A DNA stretch of 64,000 nucleotides, from positions 136,203-200,202 of the forward strand of contig JBPOIT010000009.1 in NCBI GenBank assembly GCA_052034235.1, given 5' to 3'. The notes below the pieces were generated by a model, which was not told the origin of the DNA, did not search any database, and saw only the letters and a list, made by a program, of their open reading frames with translations. Position numbers and translations under genes: made by a program. How positions within the stretch are numbered: position 1 is the first letter of the stretch; the number at the start of each line of letters is the position of its first letter. Shown one piece after another: positions 27,655-37,217 of the stretch. This DNA comes from Candidatus Levyibacteriota bacterium. Its GTDB lineage: Bacteria; Patescibacteriota; Microgenomatia; Levybacterales; UBA12049.

Positions 27655-29610
27655 TTAAAGACACGTTTTTTTCACATCAACAAAGACAATCGGTTCATTC
27701 TTTTCATCAGCTGTCTCAAAATGAATAACCGATCGAGCTTGATTTTTTAACGGAGAAATTGTGCTCGATCCGAATTCGACATAGTCAATATTGTAAGATT
27801 TTGTAATGCTGCAAAACGTGCCAAAAGACGACGCGTTATAAAGTGACTGTATTATCGCAGTTCTACGGTTTTTGTCCAGAACTAAGTCGTCGTGTCCACG
27901 AAGCGTATAGGCTAAGAATAATTTTCTTCCAGCGAGATAAAGTTCTATATTTTTCGTACTGACAAAAACAGCTTTTGGTGGTGTCTTTTCTCTTACTGCA
28001 GTTATGAAAGGTGAAGTATATGAAGCAACAGCTTGTGTTGGTTTTGAATTAATAAACGTCATGTGTTCAAGTACACCTGAAAACGTTAAAAGAAAAAGAA
28101 CGATAAAGCCAGCAGCTTTGATAACTTTGACTTTCTTTGTAAAAAACCAAAAGAAGACAACCCATGCAACGAGTAGATCGACAATAAAATTCATTGGTCT
28201 AAAGAATTTGTGATTTTCAAAAACAGACGGAGGATTTAGTTCAATTGTGTTCACGAGTAAAAATGTTGGGATAAGAATCGCACCAAAAAGCAAAGCAAGT
28301 TGCTTATTTTTTCTCCATAAAAGAAAAAATCCAACTGGGATTAAAAGCAACTTTAATCCGTAAGAGAAAAGGTACCATTTGAATGCATGCATAAATGAAA
28401 AAGGTATTTTTTCTTGGTCTGAAAAGCCGGTATTAAAAGCAGGATAGTGTCCAACTTGATCAATAAACCAAACTGATTGGGTTAACTGTTTAAAATAGAG
28501 ATAATGACCGATAAATACAATACTAAAACCCGCAAATAGAAAAAGCGTCTTTTTACGTTCTCCTGAGAAGATAAGTAAAAAGACAATCGCCATCAGCAGC
28601 ATAAGAGTTATTTGTAAATGCCATAAAAAGAAACCGCCCATGACTGCTCCGATTATGATCAGTGTTTTCTCCGAAAAACGCTTACGTTCAAATAATATCC
28701 AAAAAGAGAGTAACAAAAATAGAATGCCCGTTATCATTTGCCGTTCTTCCAGAATATAAAATAAGTTATACATCGTTCCGTTATACGTGATTCCCCCAAA
28801 TTCATATAATGAAAAATGCCACGGATGCTGTGTGTTGTTAAAAATTGCGTTAATAAGTGCAGGAAGTGATAGCGTGGCAGTTTTTTGAAGAAACGTAATA
28901 AAACTCAAACTACTTGAGGTGATTGCAAATAAAACGGCAATGAATCCTGCCAGACGAGAACGAAAAAGTTCTTCTCCCAAACCGATCAGTGCTAAAAGGA
29001 TAAACGTAAACCCTAAAATACTCGCAGCATTTATCGAATGAGCGAGATCTAATCCACCTGCTCCGTAGATTGCTGCATGTACCATCCAAAAGTAATGATA
29101 TGTATGTGGAAGTCCTGCGAAGGCTTCATTTTGAGGTGGAAAATTATCTCCATAGATGAAATTTTGAATGAGTGAAAGCTGCCAAGAAAAATCCCAATAA
29201 ATAGGTGTGGTTAAAACATAATTATTTTCTATGATCAAATGATGTGCAAAAAACGCATAGGAAAATAAGAAACAAAAAATTGTCATTAAAAATGCTCTCA
29301 CTTGTCTATTTGTAGGATTCTGCAAGATTTTTTGAATTGAGACGAGTATTTGATGGGTATCTTTCAAATAAAAGAGTAGAAAACACTGGGTTATAAGTAA
29401 CGATGAATAGGTTGCTTTAATGAGTACATTTGTCGTGAACGCTGCAAAAAAAACTGCCAGAAAAAAAGTCAGTAGTGTGAAGACAAATGTCCCAGCCATC
29501 CAGGCGAGTGAGGCTTTTAGAAAAGTACTTTTTGGTTTTAAATCAGTTTTTGAAAGCAGGATATGTGCGAGAACTGTCGGAAGTGTAAAAATAAGCAGGG
29601 CAGTTATCAT
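27655..29610 (-). CDS. GT-C-like polytopic membrane protein
   Basis: YWDFSWQ, NFPP.N, YHYF; many TM segments plus C-terminal soluble domain. Confidence 0.65.
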   Translation of the reverse strand: MITALLIFTLPTVLAHILLSKTDLKPKSTFLKASLAWMAGTFVFTLLTFFLAVFFAAFTTNVLIKATYSSLLITQCFLLFYLKDTHQILVSIQKILQNPTNRQVRAFLMTIFCFLFSYAFFAHHLIIENNYVLTTPIYWDFSWQLSLIQNFIYGDNFPPQNEAFAGLPHTYHYFWMVHAAIYGAGGLDLAHSINAASILGFTFILLALIGLGEELFRSRLAGFIAVLFAITSSSLSFITFLQKTATLSLPALINAIFNNTQHPWHFSLYEFGGITYNGTMYNLFYILEERQMITGILFLLLSFWILFERKRFSEKTLIIIGAVMGGFFLWHLQITLMLLMAIVFLLIFSGERKKTLFLFAGFSIVFIGHYLYFKQLTQSVWFIDQVGHYPAFNTGFSDQEKIPFSFMHAFKWYLFSYGLKLLLIPVGFFLLWRKNKQLALLFGAILIPTFLLVNTIELNPPSVFENHKFFRPMNFIVDLLVAWVVFFWFFTKKVKVIKAAGFIVLFLLTFSGVLEHMTFINSKPTQAVASYTSPFITAVREKTPPKAVFVSTKNIELYLAGRKLFLAYTLRGHDDLVLDKNRRTAIIQSLYNASSFGTFCSITKSYNIDYVEFGSSTISPLKNQARSVIHFETADEKNEPIVFVDVKKTCL

Positions 29611-29660
29611 ATATTACTTATTGTAGCGTAGAGAGTATGTGCTGAACAATAAGTTGAGGA

Positions 29661-30239
29661 TCAACTTTTTGCACGAGATCGTAATCGCAAAATAGAGAAA
29701 ACGAGTACATTTAGTAAAACAATATAGAGGGGGAAGGCGTATGTTGCGAAGTTCCAATTGGAAATAGTTAAAAAGGTGATGATGGCACCTATTCCTGTAA
29801 TAAAATATGCTGCAGGGCTCTCTGTTTGGGGTGCTTTATAAGCTTTTACTACCGTTGGTATTGAAGCAAAGACATCCGCAATAAGGCTCAAAAGTATTGC
29901 AAGGACACCATCTTGTGTTATTTGCCACAAAATAAGCCCCACAATTGCAATTATTCCGCAAGAGTAATCAAAAAAGGTCAATTTCCATGCATTACCTTTA
30001 TGAAGGAAAGATGCTGCGAGTACTAATAATGGCCCTGCACCAATGGAAAATGAAAGGAATGCTTGTATTCCAACACCTTCACTTATTTGTGCTGCGAAAG
30101 CGATAAGTGGTGCTATTGCCCATATGAAAAAAGAAACCCTATTAGGTTTCACTGTACCTTTAATAGTCCCTACAAGATAGATAATTGTTGCAATCCAAAT
30201 AAGTGCAATTCCTAGGATTGCAAATGACTCAGGTAACAT
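29661..30239 (-). CDS. Small polytopic membrane protein (tandem paralog A)
   Basis: KPNRVSF..W, PT.VKAYKAPQTES; closely similar to the next gene. Confidence 0.75.
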   Translation of the reverse strand: MLPESFAILGIALIWIATIIYLVGTIKGTVKPNRVSFFIWAIAPLIAFAAQISEGVGIQAFLSFSIGAGPLLVLAASFLHKGNAWKLTFFDYSCGIIAIVGLILWQITQDGVLAILLSLIADVFASIPTVVKAYKAPQTESPAAYFITGIGAIITFLTISNWNFATYAFPLYIVLLNVLVFSILRLRSRAKS

Positions 30240-30278
30240 AATAGCAATTGTACCGTAGATGAGTGTTGAAACATAGCG

Positions 30279-30866
30279 TTATTTCTTATTAAAGCGCAGA
30301 GAACCCCTAATAGTCAGAAGTCCGAATATTATTGTATTTATCAATATTAAATATAAAGGAAATCCATAAGTGGCAAAATCCCACGTGTTGATCGTTAAGA
30401 AAGTCAGAATGCCACCAATAGTTGCCAAAAAATAAGATTTCTTACTTTCCGTTTGAGGTGCTCTATACGCTTTAACCAGTGTTGGGAGAGCAGCAAATAC
30501 ATCAGCGACAATACTAAAAACAATTGCTATATTTCCAATTTGCGTAATTTGCCAAAAAATTAGACCGATAATTGCTAGTAAGCCGCAAAAATAATCCAAT
30601 AGTCCAAGTTCCCAAGCTTTGTTCTTATGAAGAAATGATGCAAGAAGAATTACCAGTGGGCCAAGACTTGCAGAAAAAGCCATAAAAGCATGGATGCCAA
30701 CACCTTGATCTATTTGAGCTGAAAATGCAATAAGTGGTGCTGCCGCCCATAACGAAAATGTTACCCTGTTTGGTTTGGCCTTACCTTTTATTGTGTCAAC
30801 AAGATAAACGACGTAGGATAATGAAATAATACTAACACCGATATATGCAAATAGTTCAGGCAGCAT
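30279..30866 (-). CDS. Small polytopic membrane protein (tandem paralog B)
   Basis: KPNRVTF..W, PT.VKAYRAPQTES. Confidence 0.75.
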   Translation of the reverse strand: MLPELFAYIGVSIISLSYVVYLVDTIKGKAKPNRVTFSLWAAAPLIAFSAQIDQGVGIHAFMAFSASLGPLVILLASFLHKNKAWELGLLDYFCGLLAIIGLIFWQITQIGNIAIVFSIVADVFAALPTLVKAYRAPQTESKKSYFLATIGGILTFLTINTWDFATYGFPLYLILINTIIFGLLTIRGSLRFNKK

Positions 30867-30885
30867 TTACAAATTGTATCGTACT

Positions 30886-32550
30886 TTAGTTCTTTTTGAA
30901 AATGTAGACAGTAGGACGGTCAAAGACGTTTGCTGTTTGTTCATATCTGAAAGACGGACTTCCAAGGTATGTTATCTGACAAAATATATCGCATGGTGTT
31001 TCGTAAATCTTTTGAAAACCCAAGCTGCCATTGAAAAGTTGCGTGTAAAACGCATGGCCCTTTGGAAACCTCTCTTTTTGAAGCAGTCGAGATTTGATGA
31101 CTCGCTGACTTGGTAAAATTATATACTCTGCTTTCATCAGTTCGTCTTTTAATGTTTGTTCATTTGATTCAGGTGTATTGGTTTCAAGATCATAAAAATT
31201 ATATAGTTTAATGGTGGGAAAGAGGCTGTTAAACGGTACAATTCCCATATCATATACTTCGCTGAGTATATATGCATCTTTACTAATTTTTTTGTCAGCA
31301 TATGCTGCAGCCGCAATACGTGTATCTGGTCTCACAAAGGCGGTTATGAAATAAGAAAGAGCGAAAATGAAGCAGACAACTGTGCCTGTAGCAGCTCCAA
31401 CTGTCACAATGTTACGCTTCCAATGATGAACAGTGGTAGCTGTTGTCAGTGCTATTGCAATGATGAGATAGAGAAAGGGGAGAGTAGGGACCATATATCT
31501 TGTCCATTTAACAAAAAGAACTGCTTGTGTGGTAAGTAGAAAGCTAAAAAAGAGTATAAGGAATAAAAAGGGGAGTCGTTTAGATTTTTTTACGGCATAG
31601 AGAATATAGACGAAAGAGGGGAGTGCAAAAAGAAAAATAAGAGGATTAATAAGAAATGGATAGACATTTTGCATTTGAAATAGAAAGGGGATAGTGTCAA
31701 AAAATTCACCTGTGTAAAAGACTGGCAAGCTCCCAAGAGCAAGTTCAGATTCATACTTGATACTATCTGTGTATGCTTTTTGGTCAAGCTGCACATAAGG
31801 GTTGGTGACAAAATAAACGGTTATTGCAATAACGGTAAAAAGCATAAGATTTTTTGTTGCATGGATAAGCCCGTGCATCAGCATCCATGCTTTAATTTTT
31901 GTTTTGCGGTGAGGGGGAATGTGCCGAATAAGGATGGCTAGAAGTGGTAATGGGAGAAGGACAAGTGATGAAATTTTGGTGGCAATAAGTATGCCAAAAA
32001 ACAACCCAATAAGCATAACAAACCAAAACGATTTTTTTTGAGCAGTTTTCACACATGCCCAAAACAGCAACACGCTGAAAAAAGTTAACCACATTTCAAA
32101 AGTTCCAAAATGCGCAAATTGAATAAATCCAACACTTGTTGTTGCTAAAAATGCTGCAATAATGCCAGTTTTTTCATCTTTAAATGATTTGCCTAGAAAA
32201 AATAACAGGGGAATCAGCAAAGTAGAGAAGAGGGCAGAGTAAAAACGACTTATAAGAAGAGCCTGTGAAAAATCAACAACTGACTTTTCACAAGAAGCCC
32301 ATAATAATTGGCACGGAGCGACGAAGTCTGCTAATAGGCCTGTATAATAGATCGTATAGATTGGCAAAGACCCATAGGCAAAGAATTTTGGGTTCATTGC
32401 TTCAGGAAAACGCAATTGCGATACGCTTGAAGCTATATTTCGTTCATCTGGGTGGAAATAAAGCGGTGCTCCCCAGTTGAGGTTATAGAAGTGCAAAAAA
32501 GCTCCGAATACAGTCAAAAAAAATACGAAAAGCGTTATACGATTAGGCAT
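30886..32550 (-). CDS. PMT-like GT-C glycosyltransferase (paralog of 25918-27648)
   Basis: HPDER, NPKFFAYGS, EQTANVFDRP; start MPNR preferred. Confidence 0.85.
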   Translation of the reverse strand: MPNRITLFVFFLTVFGAFLHFYNLNWGAPLYFHPDERNIASSVSQLRFPEAMNPKFFAYGSLPIYTIYYTGLLADFVAPCQLLWASCEKSVVDFSQALLISRFYSALFSTLLIPLLFFLGKSFKDEKTGIIAAFLATTSVGFIQFAHFGTFEMWLTFFSVLLFWACVKTAQKKSFWFVMLIGLFFGILIATKISSLVLLPLPLLAILIRHIPPHRKTKIKAWMLMHGLIHATKNLMLFTVIAITVYFVTNPYVQLDQKAYTDSIKYESELALGSLPVFYTGEFFDTIPFLFQMQNVYPFLINPLIFLFALPSFVYILYAVKKSKRLPFLFLILFFSFLLTTQAVLFVKWTRYMVPTLPFLYLIIAIALTTATTVHHWKRNIVTVGAATGTVVCFIFALSYFITAFVRPDTRIAAAAYADKKISKDAYILSEVYDMGIVPFNSLFPTIKLYNFYDLETNTPESNEQTLKDELMKAEYIILPSQRVIKSRLLQKERFPKGHAFYTQLFNGSLGFQKIYETPCDIFCQITYLGSPSFRYEQTANVFDRPTVYIFKKN

Positions 32551-32734
32551 AAATGATATAGTTAGATACACATATTAGAGTTTGATAGAGTCGGGAAATG
32601 TGGATAACTTTGATATAGTTAGATCATGTAAATTGACCCACAAACGCCATCAGCTCCAAAAGTTCGAAATTTACAGATTTTGCTTATTTAATTACATAAT
32701 TAATTACTAAAAAATCAAAAAGATTATAAAATTG

Positions 32735-34018
32735 TCACAATTCACCCAATATTTTTTTTGTAACAGTCTCCCCCAGTTGTACTGCATAATTGGTCCCCCG
32801 GTCCCACGGATAAACCTGTTCCATATTGGCTAGAAACACGTTTTTAAGGGGGGTCTCCATGGGTGGTATCATTTTGGAGTAATTTCTAGGAATTATAGGT
32901 TGTGCAAATGGTGCTTTGAATAATTCTGAGGCTATCAAATGCTTTTTATATTCAGGATTGAGCTTCATAAGGAAAGGATGATAGAGTTTCAAAACGTCGT
33001 TTTTTTCCATAGCAAATCTTTCTGAATCAGCTGGCATATAATTGCCTAAGTAGAGCAATGTTTCATTATTATAATGAGCTTTATCCATGAAATTTGTATG
33101 TTCTACTACTGCCATAACTGGAGACGTGGGATCACAAACACTTAGCCAATATGATCCATCTTTGAAAAAAGGTTTTTTTAGTCTGAGGACTAAATTTGTT
33201 GCACCAAGTCCCCTGCGATTTTTAAACTTCTGTTTATAACTTTCTGGTAATTGAGGAGCCGCTTTGAGAAAAAGTACTGATGGCAATGTAAATATGACTT
33301 TATCAAAAGTTTGAGTTTTTAGCTTATTTTTAGTTCTAAATGTTACCGAAAGTGTTTTATTTTCTTTTACTTCAACAAGTTCTGTATTAAAAAGGAAGAC
33401 TCCGTTTTGTTTTTCTATCTCCCCTACCAAATGAGTTGCAAACTCCAGGAACCCACCTTCAGGATATGCAAGTGATGGTGTTCTTTTGGTAATGCGTGCC
33501 CAAAACCATGCAAGAGAGATATCTGCAGCTGCCTCACCGAATTTATTGTGAAAGAGAGGTTTCCAAATTAAATTGTACGCTCTCTCCCCCATTGCCTTTG
33601 GCAAAACCTCAGCAGCGTTAAGTTTCTCAAGAGGCTTCCAGAAAGGATTGTAACGAAGCACGCCTATTGCAGCAGCCATGCGGAGTCTATCGACAACTGG
33701 CAGTTTTGGAAATGTCAGGACGTCAACTGGTGAGTCAAATTTATAAATAGAGCCGTCCACATAAGATGATGTTTTCGGGCGTTTTATAAGTACGTTATGA
33801 TTGATTTCTCGGGCTAAATTTAAAACATCAGCATCGTTTGTAAACCAATGATGGTAGTGCTTTTCAAGACTCCAGTTCCATTCTTTTTCTTTATACCCAA
33901 TTGCCAGGCCACCCGGCATAGCATCTTTTTCAAAAATTGTTACATTGTGCCCTTTTTTTGTGAGCTGATAAGCTGCAGAAAGTCCGGTAAAACCGGCTCC
34001 AATAATTGCAATATTCAT
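32735..34018 (-). CDS. FAD-dependent oxidoreductase (HemY/amine-oxidase-like)
   Basis: GAGFTGL..E..GGL dinucleotide fold; YPWDRG. Confidence 0.85.
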   Translation of the reverse strand: MNIAIIGAGFTGLSAAYQLTKKGHNVTIFEKDAMPGGLAIGYKEKEWNWSLEKHYHHWFTNDADVLNLAREINHNVLIKRPKTSSYVDGSIYKFDSPVDVLTFPKLPVVDRLRMAAAIGVLRYNPFWKPLEKLNAAEVLPKAMGERAYNLIWKPLFHNKFGEAAADISLAWFWARITKRTPSLAYPEGGFLEFATHLVGEIEKQNGVFLFNTELVEVKENKTLSVTFRTKNKLKTQTFDKVIFTLPSVLFLKAAPQLPESYKQKFKNRRGLGATNLVLRLKKPFFKDGSYWLSVCDPTSPVMAVVEHTNFMDKAHYNNETLLYLGNYMPADSERFAMEKNDVLKLYHPFLMKLNPEYKKHLIASELFKAPFAQPIIPRNYSKMIPPMETPLKNVFLANMEQVYPWDRGTNYAVQLGETVTKKILGEL

Positions 34019-34069
34019 AATTTTACAGTTTCTAGTATTTTTTACCGTCCGTCAAGATGCTTATTTTAC

Positions 34070-35452
34070 TTATATGAAGAAAAATAATAACGTCCCTACC
34101 CCAGCGGTAATAAGTATTCCGACAAAACCAAGAATCCAGGTTGAACTTCCAGAGTTTGGAACCGGTGGATTGCCAGATGGGATTGTCGGCTGTGGTGAAA
34201 GATCAGCTGGTATCGGTGTGCTCGATATGACTATCGTGGGGGTTGGCTGAGCCACTGTCGGCGAAGGTGCTGTTGTCGCTGACGGGGATGCCATAACAGG
34301 GGTTGGCAATACTGGAGGAGATATTGATGGTTCTATAAATTGACTACCTTCAGCATAGACGGTGAACGATTGTGAAATAGACTGCAGTATTCCTTCTGTA
34401 TCTGGTGATTTAATAGTAATGGTATGTTTCCCTGGAGTGATTGGTAGTGTTGGTTGGAATTCCCAATTACCATTAGCATCCGACTGAAGTGTTGCTTCAA
34501 TGGTTGTCTCTGATTCTATAGTGATGACTACCTCTTTTTCAGGGAGGGCTTTACCGCTAAAGACAGGTTGCGGATCAGTAAACGTTTGATCTTCTTTGGG
34601 CACGCTGATGACGGGTGATGTTACCTGCTGCGTATCTACTGGGATAGGAAGATCGAGTACAGGCTCTGCTGATTCTGTTGCGTCTGTTTCACCTACTGCA
34701 ATTGAAAAATCATAATTTTTAGAGAGAACCATGAGCGGTGCTGGGTTTGCTTGTCCGGCTAGAACCACAGCGTCTGATTGCTGATTTGTGTCCACAACTT
34801 TGATAGAAAGCTTAGTTTCAGGGGTAATTGGTTCCCAAGATGATAAATCTTTACTGCGGAGTTTATCCACCGGTAATTCATAACTACCGTCAGGGCCGAG
34901 TAATGCTGTCACAATTTGCGAAGTTGGTGTCGAGATCATGGCAATGCCTTCAATTGGAATCGACCCATCGTCTCTTGTCACTTGCCCTTTTACCGGCTGC
35001 AACGAGGTTAGTTGAGCGTTGAGTGTGGGCGCAGTGGTTACTTCGTAGAGTTGTTCATTGTTTTTGTAAGTTGTTCCTCCAGAAGAAATTTCAAAAACAT
35101 ACTTCGAACCTGGGGTGAGGTTTCGTATCGTGATATGGTGGATACGATGTTGATTAGCTTTATTCATTATTTGGTCGCGGTCATCGAGTCCGATATTGCC
35201 AAGAGTATTATTGGTTCCATACCCTACTGAACCAATCACAGGATCAATCGTCTGGTAGGTTATTGAAAATGATGTATCGGTGATGTTTGTGACTTGTATA
35301 TTCTTTGGTTCTGCCCCAGCGGCAGCCTTGGTACTAAAGAGAACCACATTGCTTGTTAACCAAGAAATAGTTAAAAGGAGTGCCATAACAAGTACCAGTC
35401 CAGAAAATGGTGGTAAGTGTTTTTCCCAAATAGTGTTCGTATTATTTTTCAT
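34070..35452 (-). CDS. Surface protein with FN3-like and Ig-like domains, P/T-rich stalk and C-terminal TM
   Basis: ITDTSFSI..HHITI.NL.PG..Y; P.FSGKA.P..G.W..G.H. Confidence 0.75.
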   Translation of the reverse strand: MKNNTNTIWEKHLPPFSGLVLVMALLLTISWLTSNVVLFSTKAAAGAEPKNIQVTNITDTSFSITYQTIDPVIGSVGYGTNNTLGNIGLDDRDQIMNKANQHRIHHITIRNLTPGSKYVFEISSGGTTYKNNEQLYEVTTAPTLNAQLTSLQPVKGQVTRDDGSIPIEGIAMISTPTSQIVTALLGPDGSYELPVDKLRSKDLSSWEPITPETKLSIKVVDTNQQSDAVVLAGQANPAPLMVLSKNYDFSIAVGETDATESAEPVLDLPIPVDTQQVTSPVISVPKEDQTFTDPQPVFSGKALPEKEVVITIESETTIEATLQSDANGNWEFQPTLPITPGKHTITIKSPDTEGILQSISQSFTVYAEGSQFIEPSISPPVLPTPVMASPSATTAPSPTVAQPTPTIVISSTPIPADLSPQPTIPSGNPPVPNSGSSTWILGFVGILITAGVGTLLFFFI

Positions 35453-35814
35453 TCGCCTTGTACTGTAATAGGTATATCGATTTCAGGATTGGGCAACTGT
35501 GTTGGCGCCGGTTGTGTTTCATTCGTTGTTTCGTTTGGTGATAAGCTTTGTGCTGCTATTGTAGGTGTTGGCACAGCAGCTGCTTTGCCCGACAAATTTG
35601 TGATCGGTTGTACTTGTCTTCGTGTTTTCAATGTCTGTATCGTTGCCATATCAAATTCCGGTTGAATAGGTATAATTTGTATTTGCAGCTCAGGTGTAAT
35701 TGTTGTTGTGACGTAAGAATGATAGATATTAAAACCAACCCAAGCCACAACGACAATAAATGATGATATCGATAAGAAAAGTATATCTTTGATTGTTGAT
35801 GGTTTCTTTTTCAT
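35449..35814 (-). CDS. Single-TM hypothetical protein in the pilP position
   Basis: N-terminal TM, P/T-rich tail; follows pilO. Confidence 0.55.
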   Translation of the reverse strand: MKKKPSTIKDILFLSISSFIVVVAWVGFNIYHSYVTTTITPELQIQIIPIQPEFDMATIQTLKTRRQVQPITNLSGKAAAVPTPTIAAQSLSPNETTNETQPAPTQLPNPEIDIPITVQGE

Positions 35815-35818
35815 ACTG

Positions 35819-36442
35819 TTACGGTTTGAAATACTGTCTGCCGCGAATGTTTAATACAAGCTCTTCTGTTCGGGTGTCTCTACTAATTGAAATTGCTTCA
35901 ACAGTTACGATTCTATTAAAGGATGTTAATTTCTCAGCAAGTGCAATCATATTCTCGTACGTTCCTGATGCTTCTAAATTAAAAACATACGATAATCCGT
36001 TCGGACTTGCAGGGACTGTACTGCTCGTGAGTGATACCTCGGCAATACGTAAATTTCTTACATTCAAATTTGATTCTGCAGCTAACGTGTGAATTTGACC
36101 TGTGAGCTTGGTTGCTGCTGCTTCTTTCGGAATCGCCTCCTCTACAATTTGCAGTTCAGAGTGCAAGGTCGTATATTTTTGCTGCAGGTTTGAAAGATTG
36201 GTAATCTTTGCTGTCAGTTTTTGATGGGTAAACTCGCTATCATCAAGCTGTTTTTGCAGTTCAATAATTGTGGTTAAAGTGGGATTGATTGCAAATAGTC
36301 CGAAAAATGAAAGTGCAAAAAAAGTGAGAATGAGCGTTATTGCAAGGCGCGTGTTTTCCTTACGCATATCAGGCAAAATTTTTAGGTATTGCCGATATTT
36401 GCTGTTTGATAAATTTTCGAAATAATTTGACGGTAATTTCAT
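35819..36442 (-). CDS. pilO: Type IV pilus assembly protein PilO-like
   Basis: TM + coiled coil + GTYE..L...RIVTVEAISI. Confidence 0.75.
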   Translation of the reverse strand: MKLPSNYFENLSNSKYRQYLKILPDMRKENTRLAITLILTFFALSFFGLFAINPTLTTIIELQKQLDDSEFTHQKLTAKITNLSNLQQKYTTLHSELQIVEEAIPKEAAATKLTGQIHTLAAESNLNVRNLRIAEVSLTSSTVPASPNGLSYVFNLEASGTYENMIALAEKLTSFNRIVTVEAISISRDTRTEELVLNIRGRQYFKP

Positions 36443-36446
36443 ACTG

Positions 36447-37055
36447 TTATTGTGCCGGTAACGGCGCAGTGACGACACCGGGTGTTGGGCTTACATCTGT
36501 TTGCAAAATAGCTGGAGGAGTCTTTAGTTTGGCGCTGATAATAACGACAACGGTAGAAGTTGTTGCTTTGTTTTCAACTTTATCGACACTCACATCAGTG
36601 ACTTCCGGATGTTTTTTGAGTGCATCGGTAAATTGCGAAAGCGCGCTCGCAGAGGGTGCAACCGCTTCAATTTTTATTGCATCAAGCGTCACAAAGAGGC
36701 TACGAAATGTAATTTTCCCTCGTCCTAATTCAGCAATATCTTTAAAAACAGTCACGGCAGGATTTGTTTCTCCATACACTTTTGCCATCGCAAGCCGTGA
36801 TTGCAGATTTCGGAATTCAGCTTCCTGATTGGCAAAATTTTCAATAATAAAACTTTCTGCTTTGATCTGGTCATGCAGGTCAACAATTTTCATGTCCAGG
36901 TTAAACCGATATAAAAATGTTCCTAAAGCGAGCGTTTCAACAAGAATGATTAGTAAACGCCCAACGGTTAAAGACCAGTTAAGAAATTGTGTAACGAGGC
37001 CGCCTTCTTTTCCGGGTAGTAGATTGATAGACTTCTTTTCGTTAGCCATAGCCAT
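36447..37055 (-). CDS. pilN: Type IV pilus assembly protein PilN-like
   Basis: INLLP motif + TM + coiled coil + ferredoxin-like domain; exact start uncertain. Confidence 0.75.
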   Translation of the reverse strand: MAMANEKKSINLLPGKEGGLVTQFLNWSLTVGRLLIILVETLALGTFLYRFNLDMKIVDLHDQIKAESFIIENFANQEAEFRNLQSRLAMAKVYGETNPAVTVFKDIAELGRGKITFRSLFVTLDAIKIEAVAPSASALSQFTDALKKHPEVTDVSVDKVENKATTSTVVVIISAKLKTPPAILQTDVSPTPGVVTAPLPAQ

Positions 37056-37217
37056 AAAGCCGTCGTTGGGTACAACACGGCTTAATTCTAGTCTATGGTT
37101 TTTAGGATGAAAAGTCAAAGCAAAATTAGCCGTGAAAAAATGAAAGACTTTTCTTCTGAAAGGTCTTGTGTTATACTCTGTTAAATCCCTACCTAACTAG
37201 GGATGTTTTCTTTTCTT

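Noticed and set aside
32599-32734. Replication origin
   Set aside because: Only one clear DnaA box and no dnaA/dnaN nearby; insufficient evidence.
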